Of a stretch of DNA of 64,000 bases, positions 1-12,442 are shown piece after piece (within the stretch, counting starts at the first letter, position 1; every line of letters begins with the position of its first letter). The stretch comes from Eledone cirrhosa (taxonomy: Eukaryota). Under the pieces are notes generated by a model that saw only the letters and a list, made by a program, of their open reading frames with translations, searched no databases and was not told the DNA's origin. The stretch spans positions 39,060,001-39,124,000 of the forward strand of contig OZ024744.1 of NCBI GenBank assembly GCA_964016885.1. Direction: 5' to 3'. Made by a program: the position numbers and the translations under genes.

Positions 1-992
1 ATATGGAAAAAAAGTGGCTCGAAACGCCAGGTTTTTAGAGAAGTAATTTGATTGGTTGGTCAATAATTATAATAAATTTCGCGCCAGTTCGCGTTACAAA
101 GTTTTTCAAACAAGGGGGGGGGGGGTCTCAGGTTGTTTTTTCATATATGAGTGAAGTTTGGTTGGTTGATGCAGTCACGTGAATAAGCACATCAGCTTTC
201 GCGTCAGTTTGTTTGAATTTCTTTTTACTTTAAAAATAGTGGCTCAGGAAGGCTTTTTTTTAATAAATGTAATTTGATTGGTTATAAATGAAATTATGAC
301 TGTCACGTGAACAAGTTCATTAAATTTCGCACCCGTATTTGGGAATTTATTTTGTAGCCTTTTAGAGAATTTTATGACAAACAAAAGATAATGGTCAAGA
401 GAAATGGGATGGGAGAATTGTTCTGGTTCAGTGAATATGGCTGGTTTGCAAAAGGAAAAGTGGGTATGTTTAGGAAGTCTTACAAGGAAAAAAACACGGA
501 AGGGAATTTATAAAGGTGAGGTAGATCGCAAAGAGTTGGGGAAATAAAAAGACAATATATTACTGATTGTTACTGAAGCAACGTATTTGTCCGAATATTT
601 CGGATTTATGTCCGAATATTTCGGATTTACCATCTATTATCAAGGAGGAACCGTGGGGGAAAACCTCGTCTGTGTCTAGACGATAAACAGCCCCTGATGC
701 GAGTTAGCGCGTATACATGTGTTTAAATCAATACAACGGCAATTCCAAAATAAACAGTGACCAGAAAAGACAATCTCAGATTTCTCCAAGGTTTTTGCAA
801 TGGGACCCCTTGATAATAGATGGTAAATCCGAAATGTTTGAACTAATAGATTATCAAGGTAACAATCAACCATTCCTTGTTTACTTTCTCTTCCCACTTG
901 CTTTCTACCTCACCTCTCTCAATTCTCTTCCAGCTGGTTGCATTGGTATTTCCAACCCACATGCATTGTACGGTTTTCTAAACATATACACC

Positions 993-1023
<31 letters not shown>

Positions 1024-1368
1024 ATGTGTGTGTGTGTGTGTGTGTGTGCGTGCGTGTGCGTGCGTGTGTGTGTGCGCGCGCGCGAAATGTTGTTAAGACA
1101 ATGTTACACTTACATTATTATTTTATTGCATAATATATATTTCAGTGACATGGTTGTGCAATGTTCATAACTTTGACAGTCTTTATGTGGCATCATCAGA
1201 TGCTCATACAATTTTGAGGTGTAGTTATGCAAATATGCAGATATGCCGCTGATAATATATTACCATCTTGGTGTGATGCGAGCGAACGTATGCTTTTGGA
1301 TTGCTTAAACCGGTTTATCTTCCCGGATAAACACCCTTATTATCTGCACTATATATATATATATATAT

Positions 1369-1564
1369 GAACGAGTAGGACCCCGACGGCTGAGCTCAAG
1401 CCGTTTCGACGGCTAATTCTGGACTCAGTCCAGAATTAGCCGTCGAAACGGCTTGAGCTTAGCCGTCGGGGTCCTACTCGTTCCTATTACCCACTCTACT
1501 ACCCTAAGTATTGAGTACTTTGGTGCGTTATGGTTCACCTGGTTCCTTACCACATTTCTTCCGT

Positions 1565-1565
<1 letters not shown>
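1369..1565 (+). mobile_element. Short PLE-like 3' fragment with a 115-bp palindrome (axis 1426) containing the 3' half of a hammerhead
   Basis: 57-bp arms with one mismatch. GAAA-CGGCT-tgagctt-AGCCG-TC-ggggtcc at 1445-1474. Flanked by (TA)n; same family as 11489-11682. Confidence 0.75.
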
Positions 1566-1591
<26 letters not shown>

Positions 1592-1595
<4 letters not shown>

Positions 1596-2071
1596 CTCTT
1601 CTTTGATCACATTATTTACAGGCAATGGCGAGAGTCTATGGCTCCGTTAATTTATCGTGATATTTCGCTCCTTATAACAGTGGTTTTGGGCTGCCCTTTC
1701 TAGGAGCTCATCCCTCAGAGGCCACAGGTTCACTGCCCTTAAACACGCTGTGACTTCTCTCTCCCACGTGTAGCTGGACAGTCACTTTAAAATTCTCTTA
1801 GTGTTGTCTGAAGTGTATAGCCTAACACACGCTGACGAACTGGGGTTATTTTATTTCTGTCAACAACTTACTGGCGAAACAGATCTCTTTGGATTTGTAC
1901 GTGTGTTATATAGTTATAGAGGTATTTATTTACGCTTTAATTTATATTTTTAATTATCGTGTGTCTACTCTGCCTTTCATAGGTTATAGATCCCATACAC
2001 TGGTGGTTTTTCCCTGTTTTATTGATAGCGCACTGTATCTCTCTCTAGTCTGTTACCTTTTCAACAAATTG
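1592..2071 (+). mobile_element. Probable 5'-truncated PLE 3' end between two (TA)n tracts
   Basis: Bounded by (TA)n and carries a complete hammerhead fold at 1823-1908. Confidence 0.55.
1823..1908 (+). ncRNA. Type I hammerhead ribozyme with long stems I and III
   Basis: taacacacg-CTGACGA-(degenerate stem II)-GAAA-CAGATCT-cttt-GGATTTG-TA-cgtgtgtta. Stem I is a perfect 9 bp; cleavage triplet GUA. Confidence 0.75.
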
Positions 2072-2094
2072 TATATATATATATATATATATAT

Positions 2095-2251
2095 ACAGTT
2101 ACACACACACACACACACAGTTACAAACACACATACAGCCTATCTCTCTCCCGCCACCCTCTCTCTCAATATGCAGTCTCTTTCAATTTCTTCGACTCTG
2201 CTACAAACTTCTCTCTCTGTGTTACTTTCTCCTTTCCCCTTTCTCTTTCTG

Positions 2252-2317
<66 letters not shown>

Positions 2318-3284
2318 ACACACACATTCTCTCTCACCCTCTGTAACTCATCCTCTCTTTTAGTCTCTATGTCTGTTTCACTGTCTCTCTCACTCTTTCT
2401 CCTCCTCTCAATCACTCATTGACATTAGAGACCCTAGTCACAAAACAATCAAGAACGCGCAGATCTCCCTCCCTGCCCCTCTCTCTGCTTCTCTCTCTTT
2501 TGATGTGTGTGTGTGGTTTTCGTGTCACTAAAACAACCAACCAACCAATAAACATCTCTTTTTAATATATATATATATATATATATCGTTTCTGAATTTG
2601 TTTAGCAAGATTCTTTATCTAAAAACGTGTGTTGAAACCGATATTGTTATACTTTGGGAGGGTCATGTTGCCAATAAGAAACACACGCACCAGTTGCTTT
2701 CACTTCAATTTATTATAATAAATTTATAAATTCCTAAATTTATAAATTTATTATAATAAATTGAAGTGAAAGCAACTGGTGCGTGTGTTTCTTATTGGCA
2801 ACATGACCCTCCCAAAGTATAACAATATCGGTTTCAACACACGTTTTTAGATAAAGAATCTTGCTAAACAAATTCAGAAACGATATATATATATATATAT
2901 ATATTAAAAAGTGATGTTTATTGGTTGGTTGGTTGTTTTAGTGACACGAAAACCACACACACTCATCAAAAGAGAGAGAAGCAGAGAGAGGGGGAGGGAG
3001 GGAGATCTGCGCGTTCTTGATTGTTTCGTGACCAGGGTCTCTAATGTCAATGAGTGATTGAGAGGAGGAGAAAGAGTGAGAGAGAGAGTGAAACAGACAT
3101 AGAGACTAAAAGAGAGGATGAGTTATAGAGGGTGAGAGAGAATGTGTGTGTGACAGAGAGAGAGAGAAAGGGGAAAGGAGAAAGTAACACAGAGAGAGAA
3201 GTTTGTAGCAGAGTCGAAGAAATTGAAAGAGACTGCACATTGAGATAGGGGGTGGCGGGAGAGAGAGGCTGTATGTGTATTTAT

Positions 3285-3368
<84 letters not shown>

Positions 3369-3372
3369 CTGT
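2095..3372. repeat. ~1.28-kb fold-back palindrome, axis 2733-2736
   Basis: 2095-2732 is the reverse complement of 2737-3372 apart from substitutions and microsatellite length changes. ORFs 1889(+) and 3047(-) share the peptide MQSLSISSTLLQTSLS. Confidence 0.92.
2563..2905. mobile_element. PLE 3' end (last ~165 bp of the main PLE) in fold-back form
   Basis: 2737-2882 matches 15710-15857 and is mirrored at ~2586-2732. (TA)n lies on both sides. Confidence 0.88.
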
Positions 3373-3490
3373 GTGGGACAAGACTACGCCATTGTACAGG
3401 AAAGGGGGGACGAAAGTAACTATTAGCAGAGAAAGTGAAAGGCAGACGCTGTGTGTTTGTTTCTGTGTGCATGTATGTGTGCGTCAGTGA

Positions 3491-3572
<82 letters not shown>

Positions 3573-4627
3573 CGTCCCACAAAAGTCTTGAATCGGCTTA
3601 AACTATAGATCAAAGTATCAATTGAAGGTTTAATAATATTACGTTAGCTTTTATAAAGTCTTTGATTTTACAGATAACAGAAAAAATTGATACTATTTGA
3701 AATTAATCTACGGTGTATATTAATTTAGCTTTTGTGCGATAGTGTCATATGCCAAAACACCGCTCATCTATCGGCAAGTTACAATGTCCGCTAAACGGTT
3801 GAAATCTTCAAGTGAAAGAGAAACTTACAAACAATATAGAAAGACTTGGGAATAAAGGGACAAGTTAACATTATGACATTCAGCAGAATATGAGACGGGA
3901 AACTGAAAGGTTAAGCCAAGAAAGACCATCGCAACTTTCTACAAGTGTACAAAACCTGAGACAGGAAACAAAGATTAAGGCAAGAAGAAAGACTATCGCA
4001 ACAAACAGAGGTTCAATATGAAAATCACTAAGAGGCAATGAGAGTTGCGATGCAAACTCGACTAGCTCAAAGGACACTTCAAGGTAGAATAAACTGACTA
4101 AGGGCTACGGTTTCATATGATCCATTGAAGAATTATAGAAATGATTCTAAAGTGACGATTGGTAGCATGGATATTACACTTGGCATGTGTTGCTTAGGAG
4201 GAAAGGTCAGACATCCACTGATAGAGGACACTCCAGTTTTTATCCATATACTGATTACAGACCGTACTAACGAAGCTAAACACTTCAGAAGCAATGTTAT
4301 GCGGTATATTGCTGTGTTTCAGATGACGTCCTTTGGAACTGAAAAAGATCATACTGACTATGGTTATTTCAAAGCATTTAAAATCCAAGGCCAATGCTAT
4401 CACTTAATCGACAGTTTACTCCTCCAGCCTAATGAGGAAGTTTTATGGTTGTTTTTTTTATCTCTCTCTCTCTCTCCCTCACACACACACATACACACAC
4501 ACACACGCACACACATTACGATCTCACCTCATACTGTGTAAATGAGACAACACACCAATACAGTTGTTTTCTCTTTTATCCTTTTCTCTTAACTTTTCTC
4601 TCAGGCGAAGCCGGGTACCTCAGCTAA
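2903..4627 (+). mobile_element. Helitron with a RepHel N-terminal remnant
   Basis: ORF 4125-4440 has MCCLGGKV..P, F..N+.RY..VFQMTSFG, FKIQGQCYH.I.SLL, typical of Helitron RepHel. 3' end ggcgaagccgggtacctcagCTAA (degenerate CTAG). The 5' end has TA-rich and (GGTT)n sequence. Confidence 0.8.
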
Positions 4628-4671
4628 TATCTATCTATCTCTCTCTCTATATATCTATCTATCTCTCTCTC

Positions 4672-4746
<75 letters not shown>

Positions 4747-4753
4747 ATATTTA

Positions 4754-5500
4754 CTAGCTGAATTACCCGGCGTTGCCTCGGGTCACTGCTGTTCTTATTC
4801 AGATTAGTAAACAATAAATATGAAGATGTTTTTTCTCATAATTATTTCAAAATATCTATATTTTATTTTTAAAATATCAAAATTTTAATGATAATAGAAG
4901 TTAAAAATGAAAATCTGTCAATCTTGAAGAACCTTAGAGTAAACAATATTCATTGTGTAATTTTTTGTTGGTGTCCAAATGAATAAATTGTTGCTACACA
5001 CTCGCACACGTACACTCTCACATAAACTCATATATACTATGACAGACACACACAGACATACATTCACGCAGACACACGCATAGCTTTTCACCTCAGTTTC
5101 TTGTCAGTCGCTACATATGTATATGTATGTGTAGATGTGTGTGTGAGTATTTAATAACGTACCTAATGAACGCACACACGCACTCACAGACACATACATA
5201 TTCATATACAAAATGTGACGTCGTTGTGTTGTTTTCTATTGTTTTAATCTAAATGAAAATAAAAATTATCACATATACACTCTCACACACACATACACTC
5301 TCACATCTCATACACTCACACATACACTCTCACATACACTCACACACACTCTCACACACACTCACATACATATACTAAGACAGACATACACAGACATACA
5401 TTCACACACACCTGTCAGTCATCACATATGTATCTGTATGTGTAGATGTGTGTGTGTGTGTGTGTTTAATTCTCTGAGGTCTAACGTATGTAACGAACTC

Positions 5501-5556
<56 letters not shown>

Positions 5557-5782
5557 TCACAGACACATACACACTTATATACAAAATGTGACGTCATCGT
5601 CGCCGAGGTTTACTGTAGTTGACTTTAAAAATATTATTTAGTAAAATGTTAAATTGTTTTAATCCAAATAAAAATTACATGTTCACACTCCCGGCGTCTA
5701 ATATCTTGTAAAATTTTATTTGATTTGATCCAGCCGTTTGAGAATGCATAGGAATAAACAGACAGACAGAGAGACAAAGAAT

Positions 5783-5800
<18 letters not shown>
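4754..5800 (-). mobile_element. Non-autonomous Helitron with an internal ~300-bp tandem duplication
   Basis: Minus 3' end cccgaggcaacgccgggtaattcagCTAGt; 5' end atatataattctttgtctctctgtctgtctg. ~4995-5280 resembles ~5330-5680. Confidence 0.7.
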
Positions 5801-5822
<22 letters not shown>

Positions 5823-5933
5823 TAGATAGATAGATAGATATATCAAATATTTGCTCTAGAGTTCTTATATATTTGATATATATTTATCCTTATCGAGCCC
5901 TCTTTGGATTTTAGTCTTCACATTTATTATTAT

Positions 5934-5989
<56 letters not shown>

Positions 5990-7005
5990 GTGTGTGTGGG
6001 TGGGTGTATGTATGTACATATCGGAAGTATCATTGCCATCATCATCATCATCTACAGTTAATCCATTCCTGTAAGGCAAAAGGTTTTGAGTAGTAATAAT
6101 AAGGAGTGAAATAATAGAGAACAGTTTTATTGATTCAAAATTTCATGTTCAATTTACAAAAAAAGAGAAGGTAACTAAATAAATAAACAAACAAATAGAT
6201 GGGTAAGAATGTAGGGGATACTACACACTTTGCTGCTCAGGACATCTCAGCTACGCCCCACGGACAAGATGGGAGAAGCATCACCGCGAAGAAAAGCCTG
6301 CATCAATCATTCCACCTCACAGAGTTCCTTCCTCTGTTTGGCTGAATAAAAAGCAGCAGTACAGGGATCGTCGTGGACTTTGGAGATTTTAATGTCGACT
6401 GCCAAAAGAAGACGACCAGTAAAACGTAAAATAATATAGGAAGAGAATAATCAGGAGATTGTAGTGAAAGAAGTTAAAGAAAGATAGAGAGGGGGGAATT
6501 TGTGAAGAACGTTTAGTAAAACACAACAAAAATAATAATACAGAAAATCATTGAAAGAAGCGAAATTAAGAGATGGGAAAAAAAAGAGGAAAAAACACAG
6601 AGAAGAGGGGTTAAAGGGTGGGGGAGAGAGAAATGAATTGTACTGTAGAAAATGACATGGAACCAGAGAAAGAGAATGTTCAAAAGAAAAGTAGAAAAAG
6701 TGAGATTATTGAAAGAGGTGGGACGAAATACAATAATAAAAAGTATGACTCAGCTACATAGACATTGGCCGGTTAGGTACATACGTGTGTATGTATGTAC
6801 ATATGTATGTACATATGTGTGTATGTATGTATGAATTATGTATTTATACGTACGTATGTATGCATATATGCATATATGTAAATAGGTAGGTAGATATGTA
6901 TGTATTATGTATGTAAGTATATATGCATGTAAGCAGGTAGGTTTATATATGTATATCCTTACCCGCCTCTCCCTCTCCCTTTCACTCTCTCCCCCTCTCT
7001 CTCTC

Positions 7006-7036
<31 letters not shown>

Positions 7037-7262
7037 ATAAGCACGCGTACACATACAGAAATGTTAGATATATAGACAGGTAAGTAGGACTGGTGAAATA
7101 TCTTGACAGAATTAAGTGAACTACCCATAACTATATTGTTATATATTTGTTGATAGTTGTTTGTCTATAATATATTTACGGGGTCGATAAATAAAGTACC
7201 AGTAATGCACTGGGATAATTGCTGGCCTGGTGCCAAAAGTAGAAACAATTATATATATATAT

Positions 7263-7322
<60 letters not shown>

Positions 7323-7347
7323 ATACACACGCACATACACCCAGGCT

Positions 7348-7418
<71 letters not shown>

Positions 7419-7867
7419 CTATATATGTTAATTTGTTTAGGTATTAGACTACATTCAATAGTCCTTACAGCAGCGATCACAATAACAATAAAAACACCAA
7501 CAGTAACTTGTTTTTTAAGACTACCACTTCGTGACTTCCGGTACGATCACCGATAGTAAAACGATCGCACATTTGCTAATCGAATCCTTCTTTTATCATA
7601 GGTAACGCTGGGAACCTGTGAGCGTATACTGCTCATAGTATCCTAATAGATGAGCACGATTGTAGCGATACTATATCAAATAACGAGCCAACAGGAAAGC
7701 GTCTATGGTCACGGTTAAATGCCTTTGATCATACATAGCCCTGCTCTAGGATTAAGCAATAATTACAACAGGCATTAAAGGACTTGGACGAGCCAATAAA
7801 GAAACCTCTAAGGGATTGCTGAACCTGCTGGGAATAACAGCGCCAAATCTGCATTCATAAAATAAGA

Positions 7868-8050
7868 GGGCGGTGGATTGGCAGTATCGGTAGAGGGTCG
7901 GACGCCATGCTTTGCAGCAAAGAGTTATGGCCCTTTATGATCTGAGTTCAAATCCCGCCGAGGTTAACTTTGCCTTTCATCCTTACGAGGTCGATAAAAT
8001 AAAGTACCAGTAATAATTGTCGGCCTTGTGCCAAAAGTAGAAATAATAAA
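7868..8050 (+). mobile_element. tRNA-derived SINE (main family)
   Basis: A box TGGCAGTATCGG (7879-7890), B box GAGTTCAAATCC (7944-7955), body ttaactttgcctttcatcc...gtcgataaaataaagtaccag, tail ggccttgtgccaaaagtagaaa. Confidence 0.85.
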
Positions 8051-8218
8051 ATAAGAGAAAGAGAAGTACCCATTGGACATACATCATTCTTGAAAAACGA
8101 TGGGTGATAATACCTTGAAATGTTTTCCTTTTTAGTTTCACCCCAACCAAGTTAATAAAGCCAATAAAATGCAAGGGGTTACGGAGAAGGGAAAAGGACA
8201 TGACAGTGAAGACATAAT

Positions 8219-8680
8219 TCAAGGGGGTAAGAAAATGACGATTGATGTTGCTTTTAAATTTTTGCAAATTGCAGTAGTCAGGAAAGCAAAAAGCTGGAAG
8301 AAAATTATAAAGGCAAGAGGTGCAAGGGAAGAAACCATCAGAATAGAATTTACCCTAATATTTAGGAACTTCAGCTTTAAAGGGATGAGACCTAGCCACA
8401 AATGTGGTGCTCTGTTTAAACTCCTGAAGACATGGCAACAAAGAAGAAAGCACATCAGAACAATTTCCATAAAAATACTTATGAAAAGGCACAGAGAGGC
8501 AACATTTCGACGGTGCGTTAGTGATTGAAGCTGATGTGATAAGATTAATTAAACCAATAATTTTGACGATTCTTTTTTTAAACTTATCCACACTCTGAAG
8601 GCGTACAGTAGAAGCACCAGACCAGATGTGGCAACAGTACTCAATACAAGGACGGATGGTAGATTTTCTACATTCCAGAA
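8219..8680 (-). mobile_element. CR1/Daphne-like LINE RT C-terminal fragment
   Basis: KSTIRPCIEYCCHIWSGAS...KYFYGNCS..LSSLLP. Confidence 0.7.
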
Positions 8681-8744
8681 CCACATGGTGGTAACTTATG
8701 ACTGGCAAGTGGCTCAGCGACCGTATCTGTATCAGTGAGCTTCT

Positions 8745-9035
8745 CAACATTACCAAACTTAAACCAATTACATCAATTGTCAAGTCAAGAATACTCAAAC
8801 TATACGGTCATATAAAAAAGATCAACTCGTGGTGTGAGTAGGTTATGCCTGGAAGGAAAGTTGGCTGGTAAGAGAAGCAGATGGCTTGATTATGTCAACT
8901 TATGGACTGGACTTGATCTTTGCTCTTTGAACTCTGCTGCTGGTGATCGAACTTTGTGGAGAAAAAATATCTCATGTTGATGCGCAGTCTGCAACTGGCG
9001 GAGTTTAGCGAAGAAAAGAAGAAGATACTTTCAGA
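8745..9035 (+). mobile_element. RTE-like LINE 3' end; a second piece lies at 33776-33895 (-)
   Basis: RILKLYGHIKR...LEGKVAGKR...WL...DRTLWR; shared gatgcgcagtctg...tggcggagtttagcg end. Confidence 0.6.
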
Positions 9036-10049
9036 CATGAAACTTTTTCTAGCATGACAGAGTGAATCAACTTTCTGGGCAGTTGACTTGGCAATCGACG
9101 TTTAAATTAGTGGAAAATGTCAGAGGGCTTAAAGAGTTGCTTAGAGGTTATGATCAGCCATACTAAAAGAAGGTAAAAGATAGTAGTTTACTCTTAGATT
9201 TATTAAAGGTAACAAACCATTTCTCGCTCCCCTCAACAACACATCGAAGATCATATTCAAGATTAGCTGACAATTCAACTTTATCAATCACATAAGACTT
9301 ACAATATAAGAATAAAGATCGATCAGGTTAACACTGATCGATCAGACATCTAAATCAAATAAGTGTTTCACCACGTAATTGTGATAAGTGCCACATAAAG
9401 ACGAGATAGTCATTACTGAAATACCTTAACTACAACATCTATATCACGCAAGCATTTCGACTATTTGTTATGATAATTGCGGATTTTATCGTTGGTTAAA
9501 TGTATGAACCCAAGTAGAAGGTCAATGCTGAGACACATGTGTCAAATATGACTAATCTTTTGTTTTGGTTTATTTTTCCTGATCACATTGGTTGTTCTCC
9601 CATTATGTGCAAGCGCGTGGTTTAGCGGTTAGAAATTATTTGATTCAGGATTGTAGGGTCGTAAGCGCCATTCCTGGCGGAGCTTTGTGTCTTTGAGTCA
9701 CATATTTTATATCACCTTGCTTTTACTGGCGATATTACTAATTAAATACAATCTATGTCAATTAATTAATGATTAATTTCGAGGGATTTACTAAAATTAT
9801 GAATTACTACGTGGTTCCCAGTGACGCCTTATGCCCTTGAGCATTATTATCTCACAACTAGAAAAAAATTAGTTGTACATGTAATTCAAAAAGCCATTCT
9901 TACCACACACAATGCTCTGTCACCTACACGTTAATTTCCCGTGTCGGCTGATCTGTTGATCGAACAACTTTAACATAACACTTGTCGTCATATTCATGGC
10001 AGAGCCAGAGTCTAATGACTGAAACAATTAAAAGAGTAAAAGAATATAT

Positions 10050-10450
10050 CCAACATGATGTAGCCATGGATATTCTGGAAATTTCTAATTATACTTCATA
10101 GTTTCTTGTCAAACCACTTGGTTTCTACTCTGTATGGCATTGTTGATATGAATATTTGTACACTATAAACGGAGCTACATACCGAATGGCACTTCATGGG
10201 GAGTGGTTATAGCACTTTAAATAAACTTCATTGTGATTTTCAGAAGCTAACATACTCAAGGGAGGCTCTGGGCGGCTTAAGTTCTAACTATGCCACTGAA
10301 GCATACACAATCTCTCTGTCGATATTTTCCTTTCCACCACAAGACTTTAATATTAGAAATTTGAGATCATCTAATTTCTTCTGTTTCTAATACAGGAAAG
10401 TTTTTAAATGATATTGGATTTTCCTGCAGTTAATTCAACTGAAAAATGAG
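10050..10450 (-). mobile_element. Highly decayed RTE-like RT fragment
   Basis: Weak minus-strand resemblance to the RTE post-YADD region. Confidence 0.3.
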
Positions 10451-10743
10451 TATCAGCAGCAGCGGTGGGTAAACTTTGCAATTGTCAGGGCTCAAAAAAA
10501 AGACTTAACCTTTTAGCAGGTGAATAGAGGTGTGATAGTTAAATTTGATACCTGATTTCCGAGATCAACTTTGCCTTGTATCCTTTCGTGTTCGATAAAA
10601 TAATGCACTACTGCAGAACGCTGGATTGGCGGGATTGAAAGACCATTGAGTGAGATACCTTGAATTATCTACGTGGAACCTTTGGTACGCCAAAGAATAT
10701 CCAGAATCATTGGAACAATCTTAATAAACTATATATATATGCA

Positions 10744-10783
<40 letters not shown>

Positions 10784-10784
10784 T

Positions 10785-11052
10785 ATACAGACCATGTCGT
10801 TGTCGAAACAACATTTTGACCAACACGTTGTATTATTAAACTACAAAAAGAACAAACCTCTATATATATTAGGACAACACGTAGAGTAGATTTAGGCGGA
10901 TTTTTACTGCTATTTCTAGCATCATTGCGAGTCTCTTGTATTGTCCTAATATATATATAGAGAGAGTTTTTTTTTTCTTTTGTTGATTTAATAGTTCAAC
11001 AAAACAACGTGGTGTACACCTTGCAGTTTCGGCAACGAAATGGTCTGTATAC
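10785..11052. repeat. Degenerate inverted repeat (10785-10878 vs 10940-11052)
   Basis: tatacagaccat.tcgttg.cgaaac / gtttcggcaacgaaatggtctgtata and ctctatatatattaggacaa / ttgtcctaatatatatatagag. Confidence 0.65.
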
Positions 11053-11065
11053 TTTATGATCAATA

Positions 11066-11160
11066 TCTCCTGATGACAGAATAAGTTCTTCCAATATTGG
11101 TTGTTCCAATAATTTGAAATAATTAATGTTGCTTCTTTATTCTAGAAACCATGGTAGGGA
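11066..11160 (+). ncRNA. Type I hammerhead with large loop II and palindromic stem III
   Basis: tctc-CTGATGA-c-AGAATAAG...TTTATTCT-a-GAAA-CCATGG-TA-ggga. Confidence 0.72.
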
Positions 11161-11488
11161 GACGATTGTATGAGTTAGAGTCTAGACTAACTTATTTTAG
11201 TCGATCTGACTTATATTCCCCTAAATTGAGATTTTGACAGAACTTTATATGTTAATATGAGTTTGATATTTAATCTGTATATTTTATCCATTCATTGAGA
11301 CGTTTAAGTATTAGAAACAAATAACTTTTTAATTGATATTAACCACTCCTTCCTTGTAGAATAGAGTTAGATGTTTTTCGCTACTATTTCTAGCGTCCTT
11401 ATGAGCTTGTATTGTCCTAATATATATATAGAGAGATTTGTTCATTTAGTAGCTCAATAACGCAACGTTTATATATATATGTATATAT

Positions 11489-11682
11489 ATAGGAAAATGT
11501 TCAAGAACCCGACGGCAGAGCTCAAGCCATTTCGACGGCTATTTCAGAAATAGCCGTCGAAACGGCTTGAGCTCTGCCGTCGGGGTCTTGAACATTTTCC
11601 TATTACCCACTCTACTACCCTAAGTATTGAGTACTCTGGTGCGTTATGGTCCATCTGGTTCCTTACCACACTTCCTTCGTTA
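11489..11682 (+). mobile_element. Second copy of the 1369 family, with a 115-bp palindrome (axis 11546)
   Basis: Shared body cctattacccactctactaccctaagtattgagtact...ccttaccaca; (TA)n flanks. Confidence 0.75.
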
Positions 11683-11935
11683 TATATATATACCCCTCTA
11701 ACTAAATTTTGTCCGAACAACACCACTAGAAGAATCTACTTCCCAGCCAACCTTAGCACGCCTCATTAAGCTAACTGCTGCCAAAACATTCTCTCTTCAC
11801 AATCTCTACTAGTCTGACAGTCTTAAACCCTAAGACTCCCTCCACCTTACTCACTTCCCTCTTCCCCTTTTCTTCCTACCTCCTTCTTTATCTTTTATCT
11901 AGTGTACAAAATATTTTCATATCATTCTAATACAA

Positions 11936-12052
11936 AGGTCTGAAGACATGGTGTGTTGGCTTACAGTGTACTTTCGGTTTTTGATAATATTTGTGTATTA
12001 TTCAAATAGCGAGGTATAGGTAACTCATACACTATAGAAACAATTGTTACCT
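11936..12052 (+). ncRNA. Type I hammerhead with large loop II and palindromic stem III
   Basis: aggt-CTGAAGA-c-ATGGTGTGT...ATACACTAT-a-GAAA-CAATTG-TT-acct. Confidence 0.7.
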
Positions 12053-12092
12053 AATAAATTCTATATACCCGCATTTCCATTTCGTAAATTTT

Positions 12093-12147
<55 letters not shown>

Positions 12148-12271
12148 CATATTTGGGAAAAGTAAACAAGATAAGAAACAATTTTACCTTTTTATTTTGA
12201 TGTCCCGACGGCAATGTCAAAGTCAATAGGTAATTTTTTTTTTCTTATCTTGTTAACTTTTACCAAATATA
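12148..12271. repeat. Fold-back hairpin in a fragment between (TA)n tracts
   Basis: atatttgggaaaagtaaacaagataagaaa vs tttcttatcttgttaacttttaccaaatat. Confidence 0.65.
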
Positions 12272-12346
12272 ATTCTATTATGCTCTGATTGATCGAATTT
12301 TATTAATTCCTTCATTGAGTAAAACTGATATTGGTTGGATTGCCCC

Positions 12347-12442
<96 letters not shown>

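Noticed and set aside
7868-7960. tRNA-like A and B boxes
   Set aside because: They belong to SINE heads; no complete cloverleaf, so no tRNA gene was called.
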